From NCBI RefSeq assembly GCF_964355755.1, contig NC_092675.1, positions 25,454,912-25,518,911 of the forward strand: a stretch of 64,000 nt of DNA, given 5' to 3'. A program made the translations under genes and the position numbers. The notes beneath the pieces are model-generated. The model saw only the letters and a list, made by a program, of their open reading frames with translations, was not told where the DNA came from and searched no databases. How positions within the stretch are numbered: position 1 is the first letter of the stretch; the number at the start of each line of letters is the position of its first letter. Shown one piece after another: positions 12,712-31,352 of the stretch. The DNA comes from Antedon mediterranea. Its lineage: Eukaryota > Animalia > Echinodermata.

Positions 12712-15307
12712 ATGCTGTATTTTATCGGATTAGGACTAGGAGATGCAGCTGATATTACAGTTAAGGGATTGGAATTAATAAAAAAATGCAATCGCGTTTA
12801 TTTAGAGGCATATACATCTATACTCACTGTAGGGAAAGAAAAATTAGTAAGTTCCTTTTCTAGGCCTAGAAGACCTAGCGCTACGGCGTTGAAAATAAAT
12901 GCATCGGCCTTTCGAAACGGCTATTCACGGCGACAATACCGTATACACTTACACTTACACTTACACTTAATGTTTGATGGAAATAGTTTAGGCTAGTGCC
13001 TATTAGATTCCATTTCTATACGATTTCCAAAATTAACCAAATATAGGTCTAGCTAGAAAAAACTATTTCTACGCTTCATCAGAGCAGCTGAATCAATATA
13101 CAATGTTGAGCTAAGGCATTATAGAGGTATTATAATATGAATTTATATTATAAAATAATGATTAACTATTAATGTATTAATTATTATTGTATATTGATGC
13201 ATGGAGGTATCTATTTTATACCTCCATGATTGATGTATCACCCGATTTATGAATAACAATATCCTATCTATGTTTGGGGACCAACAGGGAGTATTTGGTA
13301 GAGAGGTGTTACTGGTATACTGTACAGTACATCTGACTATCACATGAAACATTCAAGTATTTTTCATCATGCAAGTATATCCATCCAAATTTATTATTAT
13401 TTTTAGGAAGAGTTCTATGGTAAAGATGTCATCTTGGCCGACCGTGATATGGTAGAACAGAATTCAGAAGAAATATTTAGGGATGCTGACAAAGAGGATG
13501 TGGCATTTCTAGTCGTTGGTGACCCATTTGGGTAATTTGATTTATTTGGTAAAAAGTAAATTACCAGTCCTTGTCTTTTGAAAATCGTAGGTGTGCTACC
13601 AATTGCACTCCTTAATACATTCAGGAGTGCTGTAGTGTAGGTGTATTTTTGTGTGTAGAAGTTTACCAAATTTAAGCGTGTTGTAAATCAAATTCCTCAA
13701 GGGCAGTTTAGGAGTGTGTTAGGTGAGTGATTGCACTCACTCGCCTTAAAAGACGAGGCCTGGATTACAATAAAAAATTGACCTCTATTTTATCCAAATT
13801 TTTTTTCGTAAACTATTACAGTTTGAAACTCATATAGACCAGACAGAGACTAGGCACCTAATTTTGTGTGAATTTTTAATTTAAGACAATATACCTTTAT
13901 TTCAGTGCTACAACTCATACAGACCTCATACTAAGAGCAAGAAAGGAAGGGCTAAAGTACCAAGTTATTCATAATGCATCTATAATGAACGCCATAGGAT
14001 GCTGTGGGTTACAGGTAAACCAATGGTACTAACTATAATTTGCGATTTCTCGCTGTTGGATGTAGTTGAAATGAAATTTAAAAATAAAGTAATAGAAATA
14101 ATGAATATCAAAAGATTTTTCATCAATTGAGTATATTAATTTTCCTTCATCCCATTTATTTGTGATTTAATGTGAACTATATTGTTTGCATACGAAAAAT
14201 GCGGAAACTGACAAAATCATTACAAAATTAATAATTAGAAATCTTTTGTAATACATTGTGTCCTGGCGCACACAAGAAAATAATTATGTGTATGTAATTT
14301 TAGTTATACAGTTATGGCGAAACTATATCAATTGTATTTTGGACTGACACATGGAGACCCGACAGTTTCTATGAAAAGATCGCAGCAAACAAGCAACGAG
14401 GGATGCATACACTATGCTTACTAGATATTAAAGTCAAAGAGCAGTCCATAGAAAACTTAATGAAGTAAGTGTACCATGAAGTAAATGTTAGAAATATTTC
14501 TACCATATTTAAATTTAAGGTTAAGCTGATATTCAGTCGCCATGTTCATAGGCAGATTCATGTTTAGAGGTTGCATCAGTATTTACTGGGCACATTATTT
14601 ATTGTCTTAGCCAACCAATAAATCCAATGATTTGAGAAGAAAAAGGTACTGTTAAGGTAAAAAGTCTGTAGAAAAAGTTCATATAAGTTTTCTTTTGATA
14701 TTGTAAATATCAGAACATTTACAATATGTTAGAAATTAGGTAAAATGATGGCAATTCTGGGATATCCTATTTCAGCAGTACTATTGAAATTTTCATTTTA
14801 GGGGAAATAAGATTTTTGAGCCTCCAAAATTTATGACTGTGAATCAGGCTGCGTCTCAACTTAATGAAATCATACAAAAACGAAAAGAAGCAGGGAAAGA
14901 TTTGGGTATGTTGTTATGTGATAATGTGTTTATTTACTATAGTAGTTATATTTTTTGAAAGATTGCTGTAACCAGCTTAATATATATATAAAAAGGTCAT
15001 AGGTTAACTATTCTGTATTATTTAATATATATTTTAAAAACTCAATATGATTGTTATAATAGTAAATATGTCATTATTTTATGCAGCTTACACTGAAGAT
15101 TCAATATGTGTTGGCGTAGCAAGAGTGGGGTCTCAAGACCAACAGGTCGTTTCTGGAACTCTAAAAGACTTAATGGAAGTTGATCTTGGAGGACCTCTAC
15201 ACTCATTAGTTATAGCTGGTGATATGCATCCGATTGAACTGGAGATGTTGAGAGAATTCGCTGTTGACAGAACTTTGTTTGATAAGCTTTTAAATGATGT
15301 AAGATGA
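12712..15307 (+). CDS. DPH5: Diphthine methyl ester synthase
   Basis: Exons 12712-12846, 13407-13531, 13906-14014, 14304-14464, 14802-14905, 15087-15307. [79 protein letters not shown]. Confidence 0.97.
13200..13228. mobile_element. 29-bp CATGGAGGTAT...ATACCTCCATG remnant with 7-bp TSD (P-superfamily-like footprint)
   Basis: ATTGATG is directly repeated at 13193-13199 and 13229-13235. Confidence 0.7.
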
Positions 15308-16345
15308 AGGCTGAAGAATAAATAGGAGTAATTTCAGATAAAGTACTGTACTTTTTTAAAGGGGTGTGCTGTGCATATTTGGTGCAGGAAATGGCCCTAC
15401 TCCATACAGTCATCAAATGAACCATCATATCTGGGTATTTTTATTTTGGTTTTAACTGTCTTTAATGGTTGTATGTCGATAGGTGAAATTACACAAAAGT
15501 CGTTTTCTCGCACATACAGTATTTTTGTGTATTCAAAATAATAATGTACGCAAAAATATCTCATAAATTATAGAAAATGAGTACATACAGAATAATAAAA
15601 AGTTTGATATTTATTAAATTGAAAACTATACTTTTATAGGCAGTTAATATAGCATAAACAAGTATTACACAAAATGGTGTAAAGACATATTCTGTGATTT
15701 ATAGATTTATCATAAAGCAATACAAAATGAATATTTGTGACAGCAAGCTAACATGCACAAACGATAAATTGGTATCACTTTCATATTAAACCAGACAATA
15801 AAAACTTAACATGTAAACTCAGTGATGATTAAAACAGTTACAACACTAAAAAAATGCACCCCTGGTATTATTAAAGCTTCTTCATAAACATATACAGTAC
15901 AGTTGCAATAAAAATAAAAGAAATTTGTGAACTAAAAATTCAATAAAAATATATATTGGCAAGGATTTAAATATTAAGGAGAGAAACCTGAAAATAGATA
16001 AATGGTAAAAATAAAGAAAATCTGCACAAGTTCCCCAAACAAGACTTTTGTATTTTCTGCTAGATGTGCAGATGTCATACAGAATTATATTTACTGTGGT
16101 TAAACCCAATCACAATAAAACATTTTTGACAAGGTATAAATTGAACATTAATGTACTAAACTCTGCCAAAGTGACAAGCAATATTTTCAATAAAGCACAG
16201 AGCCAACAATGGTCTCAAATTTGCTCTAAAACTGATTTTATCAACAAGATCAAATATGGCAATTTCTAGTATCAGTGCTTTAATAAATGTTGTTTTTCGT
16301 TAAGTATCTTTTTGTTGTTATATAAAGTTTTGCGGTACACCACAT

Positions 16346-16412
16346 ATATTAGTTTTGAATATAACTGTTGAGTTTCTCACAGAAACTCAACAGTTCTTTT
16401 CAGAACTAATAT
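16346..16412. repeat. 67-bp hairpin/palindrome
   Basis: Perfect 15-bp stem AACTGTTGAGTTTCT-cac-AGAAACTCAACAGTT (16363-16395), extended by ATATTAGTTTTGAA/TTCAGAACTAATAT. Confidence 0.8.
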
Positions 16413-18272
16413 ACATATATCAACATTTGATTTCGCCATGCAAGCCTTAAAAAAATATATCTTTTTGTTGTGACTTCAAACAGTGATACTGTAAATCATT
16501 TATGTGTAATGCTTAACATAGCCTTTTACTGTTAATCCATAACATATGAACTGAATATATTGGAAGACTGTCCCATTAACACAATAATGTTGCTTATACT
16601 GTAATACTAAAAACATTGTTACAGAACACATTTTGTTAGTGGGTGCTAGTATTCACAAGAATATCTATGTTCAAAAGAAAATTTCCATGAGAAACAAAGC
16701 AAGAGTTTTCAATAAAATATATTTACAATGAAATAACTAAATTAGATATAAACAAAACTAATAATTTGTGACAACCAGATATTAAGTGGTTTATGCAACA
16801 TGTAATGCATAACAGTAAGTAGTTTAGCAAAAACTGACATCCAAAGCTCTTACTCTATGCTGTATTTAAGTGAGCTCTTCATATTTATAAGTAAATCAGT
16901 AAAGCGCTTGTGAGAGTATGTAAATTAGCATGCAAATTTGTACAGAAAGTGATCCGGTTGAAAGAGACCAGTCTAATAATAAATAGTAATCCTAAATGAA
17001 TACATAAAATAAATACTAACAAAAATAGCAGTTTTTTGATAAGGAACACAATCTGTATAAATTGTATTTAAAGCTAAATTCACGCTACAGTATCTGCTTT
17101 TAACATGTGTTGTATTAAGATAAGAGAAACGTTTGGTTTTTATGATTATATTTTACTACCTTGTGCACAATTACTTTAAAAAAAACAAATAAAAAAATGA
17201 AACAATCACAACTATTCATGCAAATACTTATTTGGTTATTACTTTTTGTCAGTGCAGGTGGGGGTGTGCAACAAAATAAGCTATCTGGGCGAGTTCAAGG
17301 GAATTTAAAAAATACATTAAGGTTTATCTAATAACGGTATCATCACATTGTATCTTAAAAATAAAACAAAAAGCACTAGATATATCAACATAACCTAATA
17401 ATAGCACCATTTTATCATATGAAAATCCCAAAAATTCATGAATAAAATTGGTGAATACATTCACAAAACACATTCAAATAAACAATGTATAAATATCAAA
17501 CATTTTCATCAATAAATTTTGTCCAGAAATTAGAAATATATTTAATTTGAATTGCTTGATTGCACCAACAAACACTGTTTGCCGTAATGATACCATGATG
17601 GTGCTTGCTACCAGCATTGACTAACCAATGAAATCATGGATACTCCCACTGCATGAATCAAGACATCTTGATATATTCTGGTTTTGGTTTATCAAAGAAT
17701 CATACTAAGGCATCCTTTTGTAAAACCTGTATCATTAAAATATCTATAATAGATATTGCCATGATATTCAATAGAAGATCTAAAAGTTTTAATGTATCAA
17801 GTAATTTGTCAACCACACAAATGGCCTACCACCATACCAACATTAAACCCCAGTTACACTTGATGGCTCTGAGTGAGTCAGCTAAGTTAAAATAGATCTT
17901 AAAAGGCAATTTACTTGGTGCAATTACAATGGAAGCTAAACCACACACTTGTTCATTGACTACATTGGCTATGATACCATGCCAATAATAGTATTGCTTG
18001 GTGCAACCAATTCTATGCAATACAGAAAACTCTCCCAATATCAGACTCTTTGAAAACCGGAAACTCTTTAAGTCTAAAAGGTCTCAAATTCATTTTTACC
18101 ATTAAAAACAGATCCAGAATTTCTGGAAAACCAGACATATTAGGCCAGCCTAAGTGTCCAGTATTAGGAGAGTTGACTGTACTACAGCTGTATCAATTCA
18201 GGATTGTTTATAAAGCCTGATTTAACAACCAGAATTAGATAATGAAAATAGATTTGTGTCCTTGGCGATTGA

Positions 18273-24638
<6,366 letters not shown>

Positions 24639-24639
24639 T

Positions 24640-25136
24640 TAACACGAAATTCAAATCCAAATTACTGATAAAATATCAAACAAAACAGCTGTATAACCCA
24701 GTTGTTAAATCCACAGGCTGTGTACGTACTCGTGGATAATTGCTCACGACACATCAGCACCCGCTTCCGGTTTTATGAATTGTTTTGGCTGACTGTTGTT
24801 TTAATAATAATATTAAATTACAATATTTAGTAATTGTTTTTTAATTAAAAATATTTTTTATGTGAATTGCTAAGTTAAATAATTGGAAAACATCGTTATT
24901 TTAATAAAATTTGAGATTAATGTTTTAAGGAAACTGATATTGCCTGAAAGTAGGTCATGAGTGACTTCCGTCGTCGGCAGTTGTATAATGACCCCGTAGT
25001 CGTGTTTACTTTAATTTTCACGAGAAACCCATCGCGCATTATGCAGACATTTTTACCTCTAATTTGTTTTCTTTTTCCTGCAGATAAAATCATCATGATC
25101 AGTATTGCATAATACTACAGGCAAGAGTTATTCGAA
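24640..25136. promoter_or_regulatory. Bidirectional promoter SLC30A7/NADK2
   Basis: Divergent start codons ~500 bp apart; ETS-type CTTCCG motifs at ~24764 and ~24965; 5'UTR acceptor TTTTTCCTGCAG ending at 25083. Confidence 0.6.
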
Positions 25137-28100
25137 ATGGTCATCACCCATCGTTTACAGAATCTACAGAGATTTTGTAATAGGATAAAAAACAACAATT
25201 TGGGTCAAGTCCCAGGCCCCAAAAATCCGGTACATTCGCTGTTCGTCAGGTACTGCTTAGCGGGATTTATCAAGCAGTCGCCCTTGCTGGGCACCGGAAG
25301 GGATGCGTCTAGTAGGCCTTCGGCAAATCAACCAAAAAGAAATTATTCAAATATGGTTGAACCTTTAAAGTTGAAACGAGCTCTTGTTTTATCTAAAATA
25401 ACAAGATACGAATATGAACGCATGCGGCATGTTGGTATTTCTGAAGCTAAACTTGAAGAGTTGGTAAGTTAAGTACATTTGTCATTATTAGACTACAGAC
25501 AGTAGATCAGCATACTTTTACACAGTATGAGTAGAGTATGTCCTACCTACTGTTCTGTAGCTTGGTTAATTATTAATATTATATTATGAAGTTTTTTTTA
25601 TCTAATTCTTTTGTTTTGTGTATCATTTCCTCTTTTCATTTATTATGTTTGTCCAACATATTGTATCATTCAAATTAAACTTTGACGTAAGTTTCTCTCT
25701 CTTTATATGAATATTTATATGAATATTCGACATAACATATTGAATTACAGTAGCTAGTTGTAACATCATTATTTTAATGCACCAGATTGCATAAAATATA
25801 CAAAGCAAAACATACTAATACTACTGTATACTAATTAGCTATATGGTATACCTGCAACCTACCGTAATATTTCTCTTGTTTGTCGTTGAAAAAGTCTATA
25901 ATTGCGGTACTGCTGGTAATAAAGCATTTTAAATGATTCCTTTAAGCTTGCAGAAAGAGGGTCCAACTACAATAAACTAATACAACGGAATGAGATTCAC
26001 CAAGGAAATTTAAAACAGCTGTGTGCAGTACTAGAGTAAGTAATTAATGATTTATTAAATATTGAAAATCAAAAAGTAGTGCTAATATAATGGTGCTATG
26101 CAAATCTTAACAATATATAAATCTTCTATTTTATATTATATGTACATCCATGCTGATACTATTGTATTTATATATATATATATGTATTTTTTTTATAATA
26201 AATAATTATTAAAACAGTATACCAAATTTACTATATTGTATAATAACATACTGTACAGTAGTCAGTTGATTTCTCTATTAATTTGTCTTTTTAAATTTTT
26301 TTCAGCTTACTAATAATAATACTAATTGGGAATTTCCCTAATTGTTATATAACGTAAACAATTAAGTTTATAAATCAGTCAGTGTTTGTTATTTTATTTA
26401 TGCACAAATTGCCTATATTTGGTTAGGTAAGTCAGAGTGTAAATTAGTTATTAATGATATTAATGCAGATATTTCACACTTGCACACATTTAATAAATAA
26501 CAAATTAATAACTTTTATACATAATTACTGTATCTCCACCATTTCTCTCTAGCTATTTTATATATTACCATCTTTTTTACCTGTTTTATCGAGATGTACA
26601 GTACTGTATGTATTTGCCTTTGGAATTGTTTTGTGTGTCTGTGTTTCGTTTTTGTATGTTTGTGTATGGGTTGTTTATTTTACCTTCAGGATTTTTGCTT
26701 CTTTCAATTCTTATAATTTAATCACCATATTAAACATATTGAGAAAAAAATCTAAAGAATAAATGTGTTTTTCTTTTAATTAAATATTTGATTTGAGCTG
26801 TTTTAAAATGTATTGTTACAGAAAGAATGACATCAACTATAGGGTTGTTCACAAACAGGAATATAATGAAGAGAGCATAGATTGGGCTGATCTTGTGATC
26901 TCTGCGGGTGGTGACGGAACATATCTGTCGGCAGCTAGTAAGATTCATGATAACAAACCTCTCATAGGAATCAACACAGATTTGCATAATTCAGAGGGTC
27001 ACCTGTGTTTACCAAATAAATACACAACTAATTTTAATGATGTGATTCTTAAAATACAACAAGGAAAGTTCAGGTTTGTTCTTCTTTCTTTCTTTGTTAT
27101 AAGAGTAATATTAATATATTCATATACATGTCTTAATAAACTAAACCCTACAATAAATATTTAACCCCTACTTTTTCAACATCTATTCTACAGTCTTTTC
27201 TAATGGATCATACAAGTCTATTAAGACAAACAGATTTTATTGTATAAATCATGAATTAAACTTGTTTTTGCGTAGGTGGAAGCTGCGACAAAGGATCAGA
27301 GTAACAGTAGAGGGAGCTATTCCACTAGAACCAGTCGATTTACAGGATCAAAATCACCGAGAACAGCATTGGAAAATGCGAGAAAAGGCAAAGTTACCAC
27401 CATCAACACCGGGTCCACATGTTTTACCTATCAAGGCTCTCAATGAAGTTTTTATTGGTGAAACATTATCATCAGTGTAAGTTTTATTTATTTTTTTTTA
27501 TTAAAATGTACAATGTACACATTTTGTGTTCTGTGTAGCTGTACACTATAGACTATGATTTTCAGACCACCCCTGAAGACACATGCAATCAATTTATGTG
27601 TAAATTTATGTATAAAAACAATAAATGTTTTTATTTTTGTGTAGGGTATCTTATTATGTGCTAAACATTGACGATGGACCAGCAGAGAAACAGAAGAGTT
27701 CAGGAATTACAATTTGCACAGGTTCAGGGTCAACCTCCTGGTAAGAAAACCTTCCTGCGCTTCTCAAATGTCATTTATTTTTGTTTATAAATTTTTGGAA
27801 TAGATGTCTTTTTTATAAGATTTTTTGCAATTTTTTAAAATTGTAGACCTTTTTTTAAAACACAGCAGCAATTCTAGTGACTAGCAAGGCCTTTAGACTT
27901 AATATAAACATGAAAAGAAACCATTCTGTGACTCAAGTAAACTGATGGATGTGCCACCCCATGTGATAATGAGACGAAACACATTATCTCAATTAGGAAT
28001 ATGATTTACAGTATCTCAAAAACCAATTTATATTGATTAAATGCTGTTTTAACTAAAATAATTGTTTTATTTGCTTTCCAGGTCTTTTAACACAAATAAA

Positions 28101-28768
28101 TTATCTTATCAGAGTCTGCAAGAAATATTAAGAATAGGTGAATAATTGTTACATTGTTTACACACTCTCAATAGGTTACCATTGTACACATACATAAGTG
28201 ACTTATTTTTAGTAACATTACCTTTATTATGGCATTTCTATTGTCATTTTAATTAGCTCTTGTCAGCTCTAAAATTACATAAATATTCAAATAGGTAATG
28301 TAATTTTGTATTTATTTCTTACGCAGTTAAAGATGAAACTGGCTGCAACATACCAGAATGTCCAGAATCAGTAAATCGTATAGTTGATCGCTTCAATGAT
28401 TCTCTAGTATTTGATCCATCAGATGTGAGGATGGCTTATACAGTTCGTGACCCAGTTGTTAACAGAATATTTGCTGCTGATTTTCCTAGAGGGTTTGCCA
28501 AAAAGTATGGGTTCATATAAAAACTTTTGTTTTAAAGTTTTGGATTTTTGTGATTATATTTCTTGAAAACTTTTTAAAGATATTGAATTTTACAATGACA
28601 TGTTTAATTTTTTTTTAAAGGATCACAATAAGGTCTCGATGTTTTGATGCCTGCCTTGTCCTAGACAGTGGACACTCTTACCTATTCAATGATGGTGCCA
28701 AAGCAACTTTAGAAACGAAGGAAGAGGATGCCTTAAGAACACTGGAGTTGATTGAAGATGATGATTAA
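25137..28768 (+). CDS. NADK2: NAD kinase 2, mitochondrial
   Basis: Exons 25137-25463, 25947-26035, 26822-27073, 27276-27476, 27645-27740, 28082-28138, 28327-28504, 28621-28768. Basic N-terminal presequence, SKITRYEYE, WADLVISAGGDGTYL, IGINTD, ALNEVFIGE, KQKSSGITICTGSGSTSWSFN. Confidence 0.95.
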
Positions 28769-28953
28769 TTGATGGAAATGAACACAAAGGAAAATGATGT
28801 TAAATAGAATCTGGTTGCAAAGTTTTTAATTGGATGGGTAATTTCTGTTTCATCACCTCAGAGCAATCAAAGATTCTATGCCAGATCAGCAACTCCAGGA
28901 TCAAGGCTGAAATTGCAGCAACGCTTTAATGGCTGCAGCATATTGGCCATTAA

Positions 28954-29100
28954 AGCGTGGTTCCCACTAGAACGCAGCACCGCAAATTAATCACAGGTGG
29001 AAACCAACGACGCAACAGTTCTGCAAACATTGTAGCTTTGATTTTACGCAGACAGGGGAAAACACAATTATTGGAAGAGTATTTTGTTTGGAACCACGCT
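28954..29100. mobile_element. Tourist-like MITE in the probable NADK2 3'UTR
   Basis: TIR AGCGTGGTTCC / GGAACCACGCT flanked by TAA and TTA. Confidence 0.7.
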
Positions 29101-29431
29101 TTAGACATCACCAGTGTGAATTCATGCTTTCTATAGTCACCTACCATTATGCTTGTGCTCAGCATATTACTCCAGCAAGTGGTTAAAATGACACTCCTTG
29201 TATGCGAAAATGAATTGTACCAAGAAGTTATTTATAAATTCAAATAAATCTGGCAAACAAAATTGAGGTTAGACCAAATTTGATAAACCAGGGTCACAAT
29301 ATATTTCATTTTTTAATACCTAATATTAAATTTACTTGAATTTAAAATTTTTGTCTTTTCTTAAAGATTAATTTTATTCACAGTATTCTGCCCATTATGC
29401 ATTTTTTAGGAATGATACATATGGATTTAAG

Positions 29432-29452
29432 CATGGACCTATAAGGTCCAGG
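29432..29452. mobile_element. 21-bp CATGGACCT-ata-AGGTCCAGG remnant with 7-bp TSD
   Basis: ATTTAAG is repeated at 29425-29431 and 29453-29459. Confidence 0.65.
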
Positions 29453-29584
29453 ATTTAAGAATTTATTTAAGAATAGAGAGTAAAACGTTTGAATACAATT
29501 CAAGTGGATATTAAATGATTGACAGTCCCAAGATTATTTTGATTCTGTGTCTTCAATAACAGTACTATAAACAAAGGTAGTATA

Positions 29585-29880
29585 GGTTAGATGTTTTGCT
29601 CTACTCTGACGTAATTTGTATTTCATACTAAGTACATTTGAGAATACTTGCGAACAGGTTCTCGGGTGGGACTCGAACCCACGACCTCCAGATCACTAGC
29701 CTGGCGTTCATACCTCTAGACCACCAAGCTTGTGCTGATGGCTATGAACGCCAGGTTAGTGATCTAGAGGTCGTGGGTTCGAATCCAACCCGAGAAATAC
29801 TTGCAAATTTGTTTGCAAGTATTCTCAAATGTACTTAGTATGAAATACAAATTACGTCAGAGTAGGGCAAACATCTGACC
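29585..29880. repeat. ~300-bp inverted repeat made of two head-to-head tRNA-derived units
   Basis: The left arm on the minus strand reads GCTTGGTGGTCTAGAGG...GGTTCGAGTCCCACCCGAG (A and B boxes); the right arm carries GGTTCGAATCC; both continue into the same ~75-bp tail. Confidence 0.85.
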
Positions 29881-31352
29881 AATTACTCAACTCCCTGACG
29901 CAAAGCTACTCCACAGTAGTTTAATACAATTACAAAGCTAGTATCATAATCAATGAAAATTACAAGCTAACATCATACCATTTTATTTGTTTTATTTGTA
30001 TTCACTTGTAACACAACAATAACAAAGCAAACAAAAGTGTTGTGATTACAATTAAGAAAACTGACACATGTTTTGTTTAAAAGTAGCAATACTCTGGAAT
30101 GTACAAGGGCTGTGTGTATCATACACTTCTTAAAACCGTAAAAAATATACATCTTCATCAAAAATATCTGGAATTTAATCTAAATTATGAGGGATAGACA
30201 CAAAAAGACTAATTTCTTTCAGAAATGTTTTAGAATTTTAGGTGGTTTTGTTTATCAAGGCAATTATATGAAAATGCATAGACTTCTAAAACTATTGCTA
30301 ATACATGACGGGGCTTCATTTTATCTAAACACATTGGTGGTTAATATTTAACATCAATACTATTTCTATCAAGATTAGATATAAGTATTACTAATACATT
30401 TCATAGTAATATATTTTCTTTATATTTCTTGTTGGTGTTAACCTCATTTAAGAACACTGGTTGGGTAGAAATAGTATGTTTTGTTTTGATATGAAGCCAG
30501 TTATCAAAGAATGGCAGTTCAGTGTAAATAGGGCAACTTCATTATCACCATATTGACTTAAACAATACAAAGACAATTAGTCACAAATACTAATTTACAT
30601 GTCAAGACAAAACACCATGTACTAAAAGTCTTATTTTTCAAACCAAATGTGGTATACTACATATAGTAATAGTTGTACAATATTATTTATGGGTACACTG
30701 TACACTACAAAATAAAAACAATACTATATAATAATATTATACTATAGCATCTTATGCCTGTAGTAGCCTCACTCAATTGGTTCTTATTAATTCACACACA
30801 TTAGGTTTAATAATTAATATACAATTTAAAATTGTGTTCAAAAGGAGGGTTTTAAAATTCTTAAGTAAATTCTTGGAATTTGTATTAAAATACCAATTTG
30901 CATACAGATGGGAAAATACTGTTTCATAATCGTTTATATGACCAGTCATAATGGTTATAATACTTTATAAAAAGGCAGTAGTGATAGAAAATGTTACAAT
31001 TTCAATGGACATGTATTTATTAGATATTTTAAAATAAAACGTTTTAAGATATTTGATACTTTGAATAAAATTTTAAACCACCTCAAATTTTAGATGGAAT
31101 TTGATAATTACATCAACCTAATAAAATTTCAGTTCAATTATAATACTATACAAATAGTTAAAGCTACTTAACAATTAGCTGAAGTATATACAGCATTATA
31201 AAACCATAAACTCACAAATCATCATACATTAATCAGTAATCAATCATCAAATTTGTAATTAAATAGTAATACTGTTTAAAAGCAAACATGAATTATTCTT
31301 CACTAGTGTAATGCTTTGATTGGTATTGCCTTTATAAATGCTGTAGATATTG

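Noticed and set aside
29638-29838. 66-aa ORF from the track
   Set aside because: Lies wholly within the tRNA-derived palindrome; no protein-like features.
28769-31352. SECIS or other recoding element in the 3'UTRs
   Set aside because: None of the reconstructed CDSs needs an in-frame TGA, and no convincing SECIS fold was seen.
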